A DNA stretch of 64,000 bases, from the NCBI GenBank assembly GCA_016933575.1, contig JAFGAR010000025.1, forward strand, positions 1-64,000, given 5' to 3'. This DNA comes from Candidatus Thorarchaeota archaeon. Its GTDB lineage: Archaea; Asgardarchaeota; Thorarchaeia; Thorarchaeales; Thorarchaeaceae. Position 1 is the first letter of the stretch. Every line of letters begins with the position of its first letter. The notes under the pieces are model-generated. The model saw only the letters and a program-made list of their open reading frames with translations. It was not told the origin of the DNA and made no database searches. The position numbers and the translations under genes were made by a program. Below, piece by piece: positions 37,919 through 48,062 of this stretch.

Positions 37919-39085
37919 ATGCCTGAAGGCCTTGCTGTAATGAAATGGGATGATGAGCTGGGACCTGTAGTTGCTTCTAAAACTCCTAAAGGCCTAAAAT
38001 TGGGTCTTGATCCTACAACATCAATGCGAGTATACGGAATCGCTACTCTTGGAGAAACTGAGGACTCTCAAAAGCCTGGATTTAACACGCTCGCCTTTAA
38101 TGACTTCAAGCTAGCTGTTTATTATGGCGGTCTAAATATGCATTTGAAAGGACTGCCCTCTATGGTCTTTCTCGTTCTAAATTTGGACGAGGATCCTGAC
38201 CTGTATAAGGACGCCTTGCCTGAAATAGCAACTCAGATTTTTCTTAATGCTGATGATAATAAATTCAAAGAGATGGTTCCAAAATTATACAAGCAGATTG
38301 CAAGATACACGCAAATGAGTGCAGAACAGCGCCAAGCTTCAGTTCTTAATGATCCTGTTCGTCGAACAATTCTGCAGACATTAATGAAACGTGGAACACT
38401 TCAGTCAGCAGACCTTGAACAAATCATCCTTGATGAGGTCGGTAAGAAAATCGATGTCGATCTAATTCTACGACCTCTTGTTAACATGGGCATCATCGCG
38501 ACTGGTTGGGTGGAGGGTCTTTCCTCGGAAGTAGTGTATCTTACACGAGCTCTGTTCATTCTACGGAAGGTTTCTCTCGACACTGTTCATGCATTTAGAG
38601 ATAGTAAATTCCCTCCTGAGGTATCTGAGCAGTTTATGGAATCTTCTCGTAAGTATCACCATGAGTATGTGACTAATTTTCATACTAGTCTATTTGAAAC
38701 AATCTGGACAGAAGTTGATTCTCTAGTCAAATACATTCTAGATTTCAACACATATGATATCCTCCAAGTACTTCGCAAAGGCCCCTTGGGCATCAAGGAA
38801 CTGAAGGCTGAGGTCAAATTGACAGAGTCTAAGCTCAGAGCTCATTTAGAAATCCTTCAGGATGCTGATATTGTGATGCAAATAAGTGATGAGGAGGGTC
38901 ATGAGTATGCCATACTCAAGTGCGATCCGGAAGTTGTTACGGTGTATCCTGAGTGGCTGATACAAAAAACAGTTGAACTGTATAATGATGAAGAGATTGC
39001 TAGTCGTCAAGCCATCCATTATTTAGAGGTTCTTAAAAAATCACATCCTAGTCTAGCTACTTCAATAGCACTAGAGGTTGAGTAG
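37919..39085 (+). CDS. Longin/uDENN-like domain plus tandem winged-helix protein (NPRL2/3-like architecture)
   Basis: N-terminal GLAVMKWDDELGPVV; two wHTH-like segments (DPVRRTILQTL..., YDILQVLRKGPL...). Confidence 0.6.
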   Translation: MPEGLAVMKWDDELGPVVASKTPKGLKLGLDPTTSMRVYGIATLGETEDSQKPGFNTLAFNDFKLAVYYGGLNMHLKGLPSMVFLVLNLDEDPDLYKDALPEIATQIFLNADDNKFKEMVPKLYKQIARYTQMSAEQRQASVLNDPVRRTILQTLMKRGTLQSADLEQIILDEVGKKIDVDLILRPLVNMGIIATGWVEGLSSEVVYLTRALFILRKVSLDTVHAFRDSKFPPEVSEQFMESSRKYHHEYVTNFHTSLFETIWTEVDSLVKYILDFNTYDILQVLRKGPLGIKELKAEVKLTESKLRAHLEILQDADIVMQISDEEGHEYAILKCDPEVVTVYPEWLIQKTVELYNDEEIASRQAIHYLEVLKKSHPSLATSIALEVE

Positions 39086-39150
39086 GTTCAGAAACATGAC
39101 ACCATTTAATGTGAGGCACCATATGAATGATTGAAATTTGGTGAGAAACA

Positions 39151-40035
39151 ATGATTCGAGAGATACACATTTTCAAGGATGGACTGACACTCTTCGAAGA
39201 TGTCATTGTTCCGAATAAGGATTTGGACACATCTGCTGTTATGGATCTCGTTTCTGCTTCTGCTAGAAAGTTACAGGAGTGGAAGATAGACAGTATGGAG
39301 ATTGAACGCTATCGTTTTGTCTACATGAACTCGCATGATACACAATTTATCATCACCATGGACAGACAAGCCTCACTCCAGAAGGTTAGCGAAGCTCTGA
39401 TGAGTCTGGTGTCAAAGTTTATGACAGCTTTTGAAAAAATCCTTGAATCAGAAGAATGGAAGGAGACCGATTTCTCTCCCTTCAGAATTGGATTTCGAAC
39501 TATTGTTGGTAGGATTCCGTGCAAAGTCTGTCTTGCTGGTCATGGGGGAACTGGAAAAACGACACTTCTTGAACTTGCTACATTGCCTTCAAAAGGACCC
39601 CCTCAAGAATACATACCTACATTCTTTGGAGATAAAGCGCTACTAAAAGCTGATTTTGATCCTTACATCTTCAGTATGTTTGACCTTGGCGGTCAAGATC
39701 GATTTGTACAGGAATGGGGAAAGATCATCCGCGCAGGAAGTATGGTTGTTATAGTCACTGATTCTACTGAAGAAAACATCGAATGGACAAAACGTGTTGC
39801 ATATCCTGTTTTAAAGTCTGAATTGCCATATGCACGAGTCATAGCAATCGCGAATAAACAGGATTTGAAAGGAGCCCTCTCTCCTGAACAAGTCAGTAAG
39901 CTTCTAGATGTTCCAGCCTATGGCATGCAAGCGAATAAAGCAGAGTTCAGAGAGCAGTGGTTGAGGTTACTGAAAGCCCTCGCATTTGAAGAGATTGATT
40001 TCAACATTGTAAGTGAGATTATGGATAGTGTATGA
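39151..40035 (+). CDS. Longin-domain / Arf-Rab-like small GTPase fusion
   Basis: N-terminal MIREIHIFKDGLTLF longin-like; G1 GHGGTGKTT, G2 YIPT, G3 DLGGQ, G4 NKQD. Confidence 0.85.
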   Translation: MIREIHIFKDGLTLFEDVIVPNKDLDTSAVMDLVSASARKLQEWKIDSMEIERYRFVYMNSHDTQFIITMDRQASLQKVSEALMSLVSKFMTAFEKILESEEWKETDFSPFRIGFRTIVGRIPCKVCLAGHGGTGKTTLLELATLPSKGPPQEYIPTFFGDKALLKADFDPYIFSMFDLGGQDRFVQEWGKIIRAGSMVVIVTDSTEENIEWTKRVAYPVLKSELPYARVIAIANKQDLKGALSPEQVSKLLDVPAYGMQANKAEFREQWLRLLKALAFEEIDFNIVSEIMDSV

Positions 40036-40107
40036 GGGCGAATATAATGAGTAGAACGATCAAAAAGACAGACCTTGATGATGAAAGGGTCATCAAATAT
40101 TTCATGA

Positions 40108-40500
40108 ATGATTTTGATATACGTAGCTATAATCGGGGGTATCAAAATGGGTTTATTTGATAGATGGCGACGAAAGAAAGATCGAGAAGTAACTATACGG
40201 TTGCAAGAACCTGAAAAGGTTCTGATATCCAATAGCGAAATTGATACAGAGAATACCCATGTACAGTCCGAGAATGTAGATTCCTTAGTCCGAGAGTATG
40301 AAAGCCTCATAGCCAGAAGAGAAGAGCTTCAAATCGAAAGAAATGAACTTACAGAGCGTCTAGATCGCGGAGAAATCGACAATGACGAATTTCGAGAACA
40401 ACTAATGCTTAGAATTCAAGAAGCCGCAATGGTTTCAGAGAATCTACGAATCACTAGTTCCAAACTTACTTCACTTGGATACCGTGGTGTGCTACATTAG
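40108..40500 (+). CDS. Coiled-coil protein with basic amphipathic N-terminus (probable start ATG 40147, MGLFDRWRRKK)
   Basis: Heptad coiled coil followed by LDRGEIDNDEF helix-turn. Confidence 0.65.
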   Translation: MILIYVAIIGGIKMGLFDRWRRKKDREVTIRLQEPEKVLISNSEIDTENTHVQSENVDSLVREYESLIARREELQIERNELTERLDRGEIDNDEFREQLMLRIQEAAMVSENLRITSSKLTSLGYRGVLH

Positions 40501-40517
40501 GTGAACCACAATGATGA

Positions 40518-40940
40518 ATGAAATTCCATCAAGTCACAAATGTATGGAACCCGAGAATGCAGAATACGACTAAAATCATGAATTACGGAGATATCCCTTT
40601 GGTAAAAACACTAGATGAAGTGATGTGTTTCCTTGAGAACTATACTTTAGCTTGGCATCATTGGCTGATGGTACTCTCATTAGTGAAACTGGGTGGCAGT
40701 GGCAAGAAGAGTCAGATTTTACCAGTATACAAACAAGAAGGGTTCTCGCCGCATGTGATTGATAAGGTCTTTCAGACAGACTTAGAAGATTTAGGTGACG
40801 CTATCCAGATTCAAGATGGTATCCTCTCTCTTACAGACAATTCAATAATTACTTTAACAGATGACATACGATTTCAGAAGTTCTTGAAAAAGCACATCAA
40901 ATCTGTCATATCAACCTTCAAACAACGAAGGATCAAGTAA
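40518..40940 (+). CDS. Hypothetical protein, possibly winged-helix (probable start ATG 40578)
   Basis: Same-strand ORF in the cluster. Confidence 0.6.
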   Translation: MKFHQVTNVWNPRMQNTTKIMNYGDIPLVKTLDEVMCFLENYTLAWHHWLMVLSLVKLGGSGKKSQILPVYKQEGFSPHVIDKVFQTDLEDLGDAIQIQDGILSLTDNSIITLTDDIRFQKFLKKHIKSVISTFKQRRIK

Positions 40941-40998
40941 TATCCAACTTGCACAACTCTTTTCACAGTCAAAATTCCTCCCATGAATTGATGTAGAC

Positions 40999-41322
40999 AT
41001 GTTACTCAAAGCTTCCAAGTGTCCTGATTGTGAGAGAATTAGTATCCCTTCAAGGACGATATGTCCTTACTGTGGAAAGAAAGCGGGAGTTTCAACCAAT
41101 ATTGAAGTGGAGGGCTTGGGGCATATTATTACTTTTACCGAGCTGCACATGCCTCCTGAGGGATTTGAACCACCTCTGAAAATGGCGCTTGTGAAATTGA
41201 CTACAGATACGATGATTCTGTGCCTTGAGGACGAAGCGAATCATGAAGAAATCTACATTGGAGCTCCGGTAGAAATATCTTCAGATAGTAGTGATAGATT
41301 TACATTTTGTATAAAAGATTGA
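40999..41322 (+). CDS. DUF35 Zn-ribbon/OB-fold protein (thiolase partner)
   Basis: CPDC...PSRTICPYCG, G.IITFT, PPEGF, ALVKL. Confidence 0.85.
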   Translation: MLLKASKCPDCERISIPSRTICPYCGKKAGVSTNIEVEGLGHIITFTELHMPPEGFEPPLKMALVKLTTDTMILCLEDEANHEEIYIGAPVEISSDSSDRFTFCIKD

Positions 41323-41394
41323 GATTTTATCTGAGATGAACCTTGAAGGTTACTGATTTAAGCAGGTAATTTTAGGGACAGGCAGGTTTCGAAG

Positions 41395-42564
41395 ATGGTT
41401 GATTTCCTATCGAATGCATTATGGACTAAAGAAGAGATTGAATTCAGAAGAGAGGTACGTGCTTTCTGTGAGAAAGAAATCCTACCTATCGCTGACGAGA
41501 TTGACAAAGGTCCTTATCCACGGGAGTTGCTTCGTAAGATTGGCAAAGCTGGTTACATGGGAGTACACCATGATGAGTCAGTTGGTGGTACGAATCGTGG
41601 ACTGTCATATGAGATCATAGTTGCTGAAGAAATCTCAGCTGTCAATGGTGGTTTAGATATGGCACGCATGGCTTCCACGACACTGTATGGAATGCCCGTA
41701 GCACGTTTTGGAACTCCTGAACAAAAGAAGAATTATCTCGAACCAGTTGTCGTAGGTGACAAGATTGGTTGCATCGGAATAACTGAACCTGATGTAGGTT
41801 CTGACACGGCAGGAATGAAGACACGTGCTGAGAGAGATGGTGATGATTGGATTCTGAATGGTGAGAAACGATACATCACAAATGGTAGTCAGGCTGACTA
41901 TATGTGTGCTTTCGCCATAACTGATCCCCATGTTAAGTCAAAGGATGGAATGAGTGCTTTCATTGTTGATACAAAGTCTGATGGATTTAGTGTTGTCCAA
42001 GACCATGATCTATTAGGAATGAAATCCGCTCGTGTGTCATGGTTGAAACTAGACAATCTTAGAGTTCCTTCCGACATGGTGCTCGGAGAACCTGGACAGG
42101 GTTTCCACATTCTTATGGATGAACTAGACTCTGAGAGAACTGCAATTGCTGGTGAAGCAATCGGTTATGGAAGGACCCCTTACGAAATAGCTGTCAAGTA
42201 CTCGACTGAGCGACATCAGTTTGGGCGACCAATTAGCGCATTCGAGGGTGTGAGCTTCAAAATTGCTGACATGGCTATGAAACTGGAAGCTGGTCGTGCA
42301 CTGACTCTTACTGCCGCGAGAATGTATGACCGTGGTGAAAAGATAACCAAACAGGCATCTATAGCTAAGCTATACACAACGGAGGCTGCAATCCAGATAA
42401 CAAATGACGCTCTCCAAATTCTTGGTGGGGCTGGGTATACAACAGACTATCCTGTTGAACGTTTCTTAAGGGATGCTCGATTGATGACCATCGGTGGTGG
42501 GACTGCGGAAATCTTGAGATTTCTTATTCAGAGAGAGGTCTATAAAGAGTTCTTTCCTAAATAG
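41395..42564 (+). CDS. Acyl-CoA dehydrogenase
   Basis: ITEPDVGSD, LNGEKRYITNG, RHQFGRPI, QILGGAGY, IGGGTAEI. Confidence 0.95.
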   Translation: MVDFLSNALWTKEEIEFRREVRAFCEKEILPIADEIDKGPYPRELLRKIGKAGYMGVHHDESVGGTNRGLSYEIIVAEEISAVNGGLDMARMASTTLYGMPVARFGTPEQKKNYLEPVVVGDKIGCIGITEPDVGSDTAGMKTRAERDGDDWILNGEKRYITNGSQADYMCAFAITDPHVKSKDGMSAFIVDTKSDGFSVVQDHDLLGMKSARVSWLKLDNLRVPSDMVLGEPGQGFHILMDELDSERTAIAGEAIGYGRTPYEIAVKYSTERHQFGRPISAFEGVSFKIADMAMKLEAGRALTLTAARMYDRGEKITKQASIAKLYTTEAAIQITNDALQILGGAGYTTDYPVERFLRDARLMTIGGGTAEILRFLIQREVYKEFFPK

Positions 42565-42566
42565 TA

Positions 42567-42595
42567 GAGGGGCACCCCCCCTCCTTTCCATTTTT
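42567..42595 (+). terminator. GC hairpin plus pyrimidine/T tract after acyl-CoA dehydrogenase
   Basis: gagggg-caccc-cccctc then ctttccattttt. Confidence 0.5.
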
Positions 42596-42665
42596 ACAGT
42601 CAAAAACTATTTCTTGTTACAATCAGATTTGGAACTCATGATCATAATTTGGATGCGGTCTTGAA

Positions 42666-43226
42666 ATGGCTGTATTAGAATATCTGATGGTGTATACAGA
42701 GGCTGGTTTACCAATCTATAGTAAGTGCTTTGGAACATTTTGCATGACAGCATTTCAAAATCCTGAACTACTCTCAGGATTCTTGTCAGCACTTCAGACC
42801 TTACCAATGACCATCTCATCGGATCTAAGTCTTGATTCTGTAAAAATGGGTCCCACAGAGATGCGTTTCTCACGGACAATCCCCAGTGGTCATTCAATAG
42901 TAGTCGGACTTCCCGAGGATAATAAGGAGATTGCAGACAAGGTCTTTACTTCAGTATCAGAAATCTTAACCTCAAATCATTTCAAGGATATTGATTGGAA
43001 CTTCATCTCATCTGATGTAATGCATCAATTCGAGACCGAGTTGCTTCAGACCGCTCTCTTTCAGGCATTACAAGAACATGGCGGATTTGAGGATAAGTGT
43101 CCACTCGGGGACCAATGTCCTATTCATACAAATGCTCTTCAGTACAAAACAAAACGTGTGAAAGTCTGGAACATGATCAAGGACAAGTATGCAGCGATGA
43201 AAGCTCGTATGAGTAGTTCAAAATAA
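42666..43226 (+). CDS. Longin-like domain protein with C-terminal Cys/His cluster
   Basis: LMVYTEAGLPIYSK, LLSGFLSALQT longin pattern; CPLGDQCPIH. Confidence 0.65.
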   Translation: MAVLEYLMVYTEAGLPIYSKCFGTFCMTAFQNPELLSGFLSALQTLPMTISSDLSLDSVKMGPTEMRFSRTIPSGHSIVVGLPEDNKEIADKVFTSVSEILTSNHFKDIDWNFISSDVMHQFETELLQTALFQALQEHGGFEDKCPLGDQCPIHTNALQYKTKRVKVWNMIKDKYAAMKARMSSSK

Positions 43227-43231
43227 TGACA

Positions 43232-43262
43232 GAAAAAGAAAGAGAGGAGGGAATTCCCTCCT
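43232..43262 (-). terminator. Perfect 18-bp palindrome plus T-rich tract between convergent genes
   Basis: aggagggaattccctcct at 43245-43262; minus strand continues ctctttctttttc. Confidence 0.6.
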
Positions 43263-43266
43263 TCTG

Positions 43267-45057
43267 TTAGTTCTTTACAATTGCGATTATTCTATAGACA
43301 CCATTCACTTCTTGAATTGTGGCTGTGAAATTATCCGTCGAATTTAGGAACAGAAGTGTGTACCAATCTGACGTATTCATCCATGCCTGAGCCCCTTCAA
43401 GAAATTCGTAGGTTGCATTATCTGTCCTCAGAAGAACATGTTCTTGGTTATTCTGTACAAAGGATGTTTTGTCAACCACTGTTGCTGTCATATTGAAGGT
43501 ATCTGTAGGTTCTGGTTCAAGCATGCCACCAAATAGAGCAACATATTGTTCTCTCGCCTCATGGACAAGATTCTCACCAGATAGAGTACCTCCCAAGGGC
43601 ACCCAAACAAATCTGTCTATATTTGAGGCATCAACAAGACCTAGTGCATGAAGGCGCATGTTTGAAGCAACATATTCTCCTAGATCCTCGTCGTAGTAAG
43701 CATCCGCCCAGTAGATTGGTGTGTACCAAGTCCACTTGGTCAAAGTTGAATTTACAACGACTGGATAGAGAAGAGGCATTGCACCATAATAGAATCCACT
43801 AGCAGGAGCTCCTATATCCGCAACGACATTAGCTGCTGCTGCATCACCACTTACAAAACCCAATCCACTCAGGTCGTGATAGTAAACTTCAGTCTGCGTT
43901 GCTCTGAATACTCCTGCGAGGGTTCGCGAGGCAGTAACTGGGTGCACCGCGATGAATGCTTCAATATGTCCTGTATCTGGATTCAGGATGTATCTAGTAT
44001 CTTCAGTGATTTCAAGTCTGTCGTTGGAAGGTGCAATGAACCATAGTAGACCGCCAGCAAACAGATCAAATGTAGATCCTCGTCGATAGCCACCCCATCG
44101 TCCAATCTGTCTCTCAAGCCATTCCTCTGCATATGCTTGAGTGACCCACTTTGGTGTGTCTTCAATCGAATCATAGGTATATATGGAACCATTCTCTGCA
44201 TAGACAACAGGTCCAATTGCCCGTTCTACATAATCGAATCCAAGCGGAGTTCTTGTCTGAACATAGACCAAGTTACCTGAATTATCCCAGGTCGGGTATG
44301 CATATTCGTATGCGGATGTCATATCAGCTAGATAATTTCCAAACTGAATATTTCGATCCCAGAACAGGCCTTCTCCTACGGGAATTGTCGTGTTAGTTAT
44401 GAGACCCGGTTCTATTGATTGAGGATCGTTGGCATCGACAATAATGAATCCTTTCACAAAGTTTTCAGCCAGCACATTCGTGGACACTATCGTACACACC
44501 CAGACTAGCGTCCCATTCGGGTTCTTAGTAATATGCGCAGAAGCTACTGCTGTATTTGAACCAAAAGGCGAAAGATGTTGATTTGCAACATAGATTGCAT
44601 ATTCTTCTGTAACAAGCCTGACCATTCTATCCGGGATTGGATTCAAGAATAGTGGGTCATCAGTCTCAGCAATCATGGAATCAAAGTATTCCGCATTCGC
44701 AACTCCAGATGTCCAACCAATTACTCCTCCGAACATTGGTACAATCATGAGCACTATGAGTCCAAAACATGTGAATGGCACTTTGATCCCACTCAACATA
44801 TCCTCGATTTGACCTCCGGGACGGAACCCGCTAGTGAACATCATTATTGCACCAAGACTCATTATCAGCCCCAATATAGCCCAAGGCAATGTTGTAGCAA
44901 AGAGCAAACAGATGATTGCCCAAGCTACAGTTCCCCAAGCTAATCGAAGTGGTAACCATTTAATAAGTCTAGACGGAACTGTGTATTGTCGTGAGAAAGG
45001 AATTGGTATTGCATGTGCAATTAGTGAAATTAGAAGAAATACAAGTACGTTCATCAA
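43267..45057 (-). CDS. Hypothetical protein with N-terminal TM bundle and large extracytoplasmic beta-rich region
   Basis: About 4 TM, then soluble aromatic-rich domain with several NxS/T sequons. Confidence 0.7.
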   Translation of the reverse strand: MMNVLVFLLISLIAHAIPIPFSRQYTVPSRLIKWLPLRLAWGTVAWAIICLLFATTLPWAILGLIMSLGAIMMFTSGFRPGGQIEDMLSGIKVPFTCFGLIVLMIVPMFGGVIGWTSGVANAEYFDSMIAETDDPLFLNPIPDRMVRLVTEEYAIYVANQHLSPFGSNTAVASAHITKNPNGTLVWVCTIVSTNVLAENFVKGFIIVDANDPQSIEPGLITNTTIPVGEGLFWDRNIQFGNYLADMTSAYEYAYPTWDNSGNLVYVQTRTPLGFDYVERAIGPVVYAENGSIYTYDSIEDTPKWVTQAYAEEWLERQIGRWGGYRRGSTFDLFAGGLLWFIAPSNDRLEITEDTRYILNPDTGHIEAFIAVHPVTASRTLAGVFRATQTEVYYHDLSGLGFVSGDAAAANVVADIGAPASGFYYGAMPLLYPVVVNSTLTKWTWYTPIYWADAYYDEDLGEYVASNMRLHALGLVDASNIDRFVWVPLGGTLSGENLVHEAREQYVALFGGMLEPEPTDTFNMTATVVDKTSFVQNNQEHVLLRTDNATYEFLEGAQAWMNTSDWYTLLFLNSTDNFTATIQEVNGVYRIIAIVKN

Positions 45058-45105
45058 ATAACCTCTCTGGTTATGACCTCAACTTACGTGAAAGATTAGA
45101 GGCTT

Positions 45106-45618
45106 TTAGCGTTTTCCAACACTCTGTTTATACCAATTTATGGCTCCACCAGCCGAGAGGAGATTTAACATTCTCTCAATTAAGGGCTTTCCATGAAACC
45201 TATCCCCACTTCTTTTTGCAGTCAGAGTTCCATCGTTTAGATCAACCGTGACCACATCTCCATCTTGGACTAACTTTGCAATGTTTGGGATAATCAAGAG
45301 CGGTAGTCCGACATTGAATCCATTCCTATAGAATATTCTTGCAAAAGATTCAGCGACAACGCAGCCAATCCCTGATTCGAGAAGAACCTTTGGAGCCTCT
45401 TCACGAGATGATCCGCCACCAAAATTCCGACCCGCAATTACTACATCATTCTTCTTTACTTTTGACACAAAGACCGGTCTTGGAATTTCGAAGGTATGTT
45501 TTGCCATCTCGGGATATGACAAGAGAGTGAGATATTGACCCTGAATGATTTGGTCAGTATCAATATTGTTGCCAAAGACCCATGCTCTGCCCGTTATATT
45601 GCCAAGATTGCGATTCAA
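45106..45618 (-). CDS. leuD: 3-isopropylmalate dehydratase / homoaconitase small subunit
   Basis: NIDTDQII, NFGGGSSREEA, SFARIFYRN. Confidence 0.9.
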   Translation of the reverse strand: MNRNLGNITGRAWVFGNNIDTDQIIQGQYLTLLSYPEMAKHTFEIPRPVFVSKVKKNDVVIAGRNFGGGSSREEAPKVLLESGIGCVVAESFARIFYRNGFNVGLPLLIIPNIAKLVQDGDVVTVDLNDGTLTAKRSGDRFHGKPLIERMLNLLSAGGAINWYKQSVGKR

Positions 45619-45621
45619 CTA

Positions 45622-46914
45622 TTACACACTCCTTGGATCAGTTATCGCACCCATCAATGCACTGGCTGCAACTGTGGCAGGTGACGCAAGGTAGATTGCT
45701 GCGTCTTTATGTCCCATTCTTCCTTTGAAATTGCGGTTTGTACTTGAGATACACACTTCACCAGCGCCTAAGACCCCAAGATGTCCACCTACGCAGGCTC
45801 CACATGTTGAATTTGTGACGATGCCCCCAGCTTCCATGAAGATTCCAATCAATCCATCATTCAACGCTTGGATGTATGTTTCCTTACTTGCAGGAGTGAT
45901 AATTAGGCGTACTCCTCTCCTGATTCTCTTTCCTTTCAAGATCTTCGCAGCTATTTCCAAGTCTTGTATGCGTCCATTAGTACAGGACCCAATGAATGCT
46001 TGGTCAATTGGCACTCCCACAACCTCGCCTACTGGTTTTCCATTTGTTGGACTATCTGGCGTGGCAACAATGGGATCAAGTGGTTCTTTGTTGAGATCGT
46101 ACGCAAATCTCTCAATATATACCGCATCCGGGTCTGGTTCTACTGGGTCCCATCTTCGAGAAGGAGCATATTCACTCATCCATGTTGAAACATCCTGATT
46201 CAATCTCATGGGGGAGCATTTTGCTCCAGCTTCAACGGTCATGTTGCACATAGTCATCCTCTCACCGACAGGCATTCTATCTATAGTAGAACCATCAAAT
46301 TCTATAGACTTGTAATTAGCTCCATCAGTTCCAAGTTCACTGATTATTTTCAATATCAGGTCTTTACTCATCACCATCTTTGGGAGTTTACCATTCACCT
46401 CGATGTGTATCGTTTCAGGAACTCTGAACCAGCACATTCCAGTAGCTAGGATGAGCGCAGAGTCAGTTGCTGCAAGACCTGTTGAGAAAGCATTGAAGGC
46501 TCCATAGGTTGTGGAATGGGAATCGCTTCCAACAATGAGATCTCCTGGTGCAACCAAGCCCATCTCAGGCAGTATCTGATGTGATATACCACAATCAACA
46601 TCGCAGAAATTAGTTATCTTTTGTTCACGAGCAAAATTGCGATTTCTCCTGTGAATCTCTGCACTATTTATGTCTGAAGCTGGAGCCCAGTGGTCATTCA
46701 CAATCAAGACACGCTTTGGATTCCATACTCGTTTAAAGTCCATCTCTTTTAGAATAGGGATAATACGCGAACCTAGAACCTCGTGGACCATTAACAGGTC
46801 AATATGAGCTTCTATAATATCTCCTCCTGAGGCTTTCCCATCATTGGTATGGCTTGCGAGTAGTTTTTCAACTAATGTCTTGCCCATTGCTTCACCCCTT
46901 CTATTCCTGTTCAT
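45622..46914 (-). CDS. leuC: 3-isopropylmalate dehydratase / homoaconitase large subunit (probable start ATG 46887)
   Basis: NDH, GSDSHSTTYG, GSCTNGR, CGACVG, STNRNFKGRMG. Confidence 0.92.
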   Translation of the reverse strand: MNRNRRGEAMGKTLVEKLLASHTNDGKASGGDIIEAHIDLLMVHEVLGSRIIPILKEMDFKRVWNPKRVLIVNDHWAPASDINSAEIHRRNRNFAREQKITNFCDVDCGISHQILPEMGLVAPGDLIVGSDSHSTTYGAFNAFSTGLAATDSALILATGMCWFRVPETIHIEVNGKLPKMVMSKDLILKIISELGTDGANYKSIEFDGSTIDRMPVGERMTMCNMTVEAGAKCSPMRLNQDVSTWMSEYAPSRRWDPVEPDPDAVYIERFAYDLNKEPLDPIVATPDSPTNGKPVGEVVGVPIDQAFIGSCTNGRIQDLEIAAKILKGKRIRRGVRLIITPASKETYIQALNDGLIGIFMEAGGIVTNSTCGACVGGHLGVLGAGEVCISSTNRNFKGRMGHKDAAIYLASPATVAASALMGAITDPRSV

Positions 46915-48052
46915 TTATCGTTTGAATAATTGCCTCAGTCACAGCATCTGTCGAACTAGGTTCTATTGAATTCCATGGACCAACACAAAGGTCCGAAGTC
47001 CGTACTTTGCCTTCTCTTAGTACCTGAGCAACAGACTCCTTGACTAACTCTCCGCCACGTCTTGCATTCTTATCCTTGTGAACTTGACCTAACCAATCAA
47101 GCATCATTCCCATTGCTAGGATTGTAGCTATTGGGTTCGCAGTCTTTAATCCATAATATTTCGGAGCAGATCCATGGACTGGTTCAAAGACAGCATGTTC
47201 CTGACCGATGTTACCTGCTGGCGCAACACCCAATCCTCCTTGGATAGCTGCTCCAAGATCTGTAATGATGTCTCCAAACTCATTAGGAGCCACTACAACA
47301 TCATATTGTTCCGGTTTTCGAATGCACCACTGTGTCCATGCGTCAACGTATGCATAATCTCTCTCGACATCCGAATACTCTTGACCTATCTCATTGAATA
47401 TTTGTCTGAATAGCTGGCAACCAGCAAGAAGGTTACTCTTGTCCACACAGGTGACTCGCTTTTTACCATCAGCGGGAGCTCCTCTGCCAACCTTTGCCAA
47501 ATTGTATGCATAGCGAATAACACGCTCTGCGCCTTTCCTAGTTATTATTCGAGTATCAATTGCTACATCAGAGATATTGCCCCGTTTGAGTATTCCCCGT
47601 GTTGGAGCATAGAGTCCCTCAGTGTTTTCCCGAATAATTGTCATATCAATATCATTCGGTCCCTTATCCTTAATCGGAGTCCAGACTCCTTCGAAGAGTC
47701 TGACAGGTCTCACATTTGCATAGAGATCCAATTCCATCCTGAGACCAATGACAATGTTATATCCTGCTAGATTACCATCTGGAAGTCTTACACTATTTCC
47801 GGTGGCATCTAAAGCTCCTATTGCGCCAAGGAGTATTGCATCAGCCTCATTTTTTGTAAACTCCTCAGCTTCGATTGACCACTCTCGATTTTGCAGTTGA
47901 TAGTATTCTCCTCCACAGTCAAACTGATGAATCTCAGTGTGAATTCCATGTAGTTTCTCCTTCACTGCATCGAGTACCCGAACAGCGTCTGGTACCACTT
48001 CACGACCAATGCCATCGCCTGGAAGAACCGAGATTTTGTAGGTCCGTGACAA
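46901..48052 (-). CDS. leuB: Isocitrate/isopropylmalate dehydrogenase family protein
   Basis: [43 protein letters not shown]. Confidence 0.85.
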   Translation of the reverse strand: MSRTYKISVLPGDGIGREVVPDAVRVLDAVKEKLHGIHTEIHQFDCGGEYYQLQNREWSIEAEEFTKNEADAILLGAIGALDATGNSVRLPDGNLAGYNIVIGLRMELDLYANVRPVRLFEGVWTPIKDKGPNDIDMTIIRENTEGLYAPTRGILKRGNISDVAIDTRIITRKGAERVIRYAYNLAKVGRGAPADGKKRVTCVDKSNLLAGCQLFRQIFNEIGQEYSDVERDYAYVDAWTQWCIRKPEQYDVVVAPNEFGDIITDLGAAIQGGLGVAPAGNIGQEHAVFEPVHGSAPKYYGLKTANPIATILAMGMMLDWLGQVHKDKNARRGGELVKESVAQVLREGKVRTSDLCVGPWNSIEPSSTDAVTEAIIQTINEQE

Positions 48053-48062
48053 TATATTTCAC

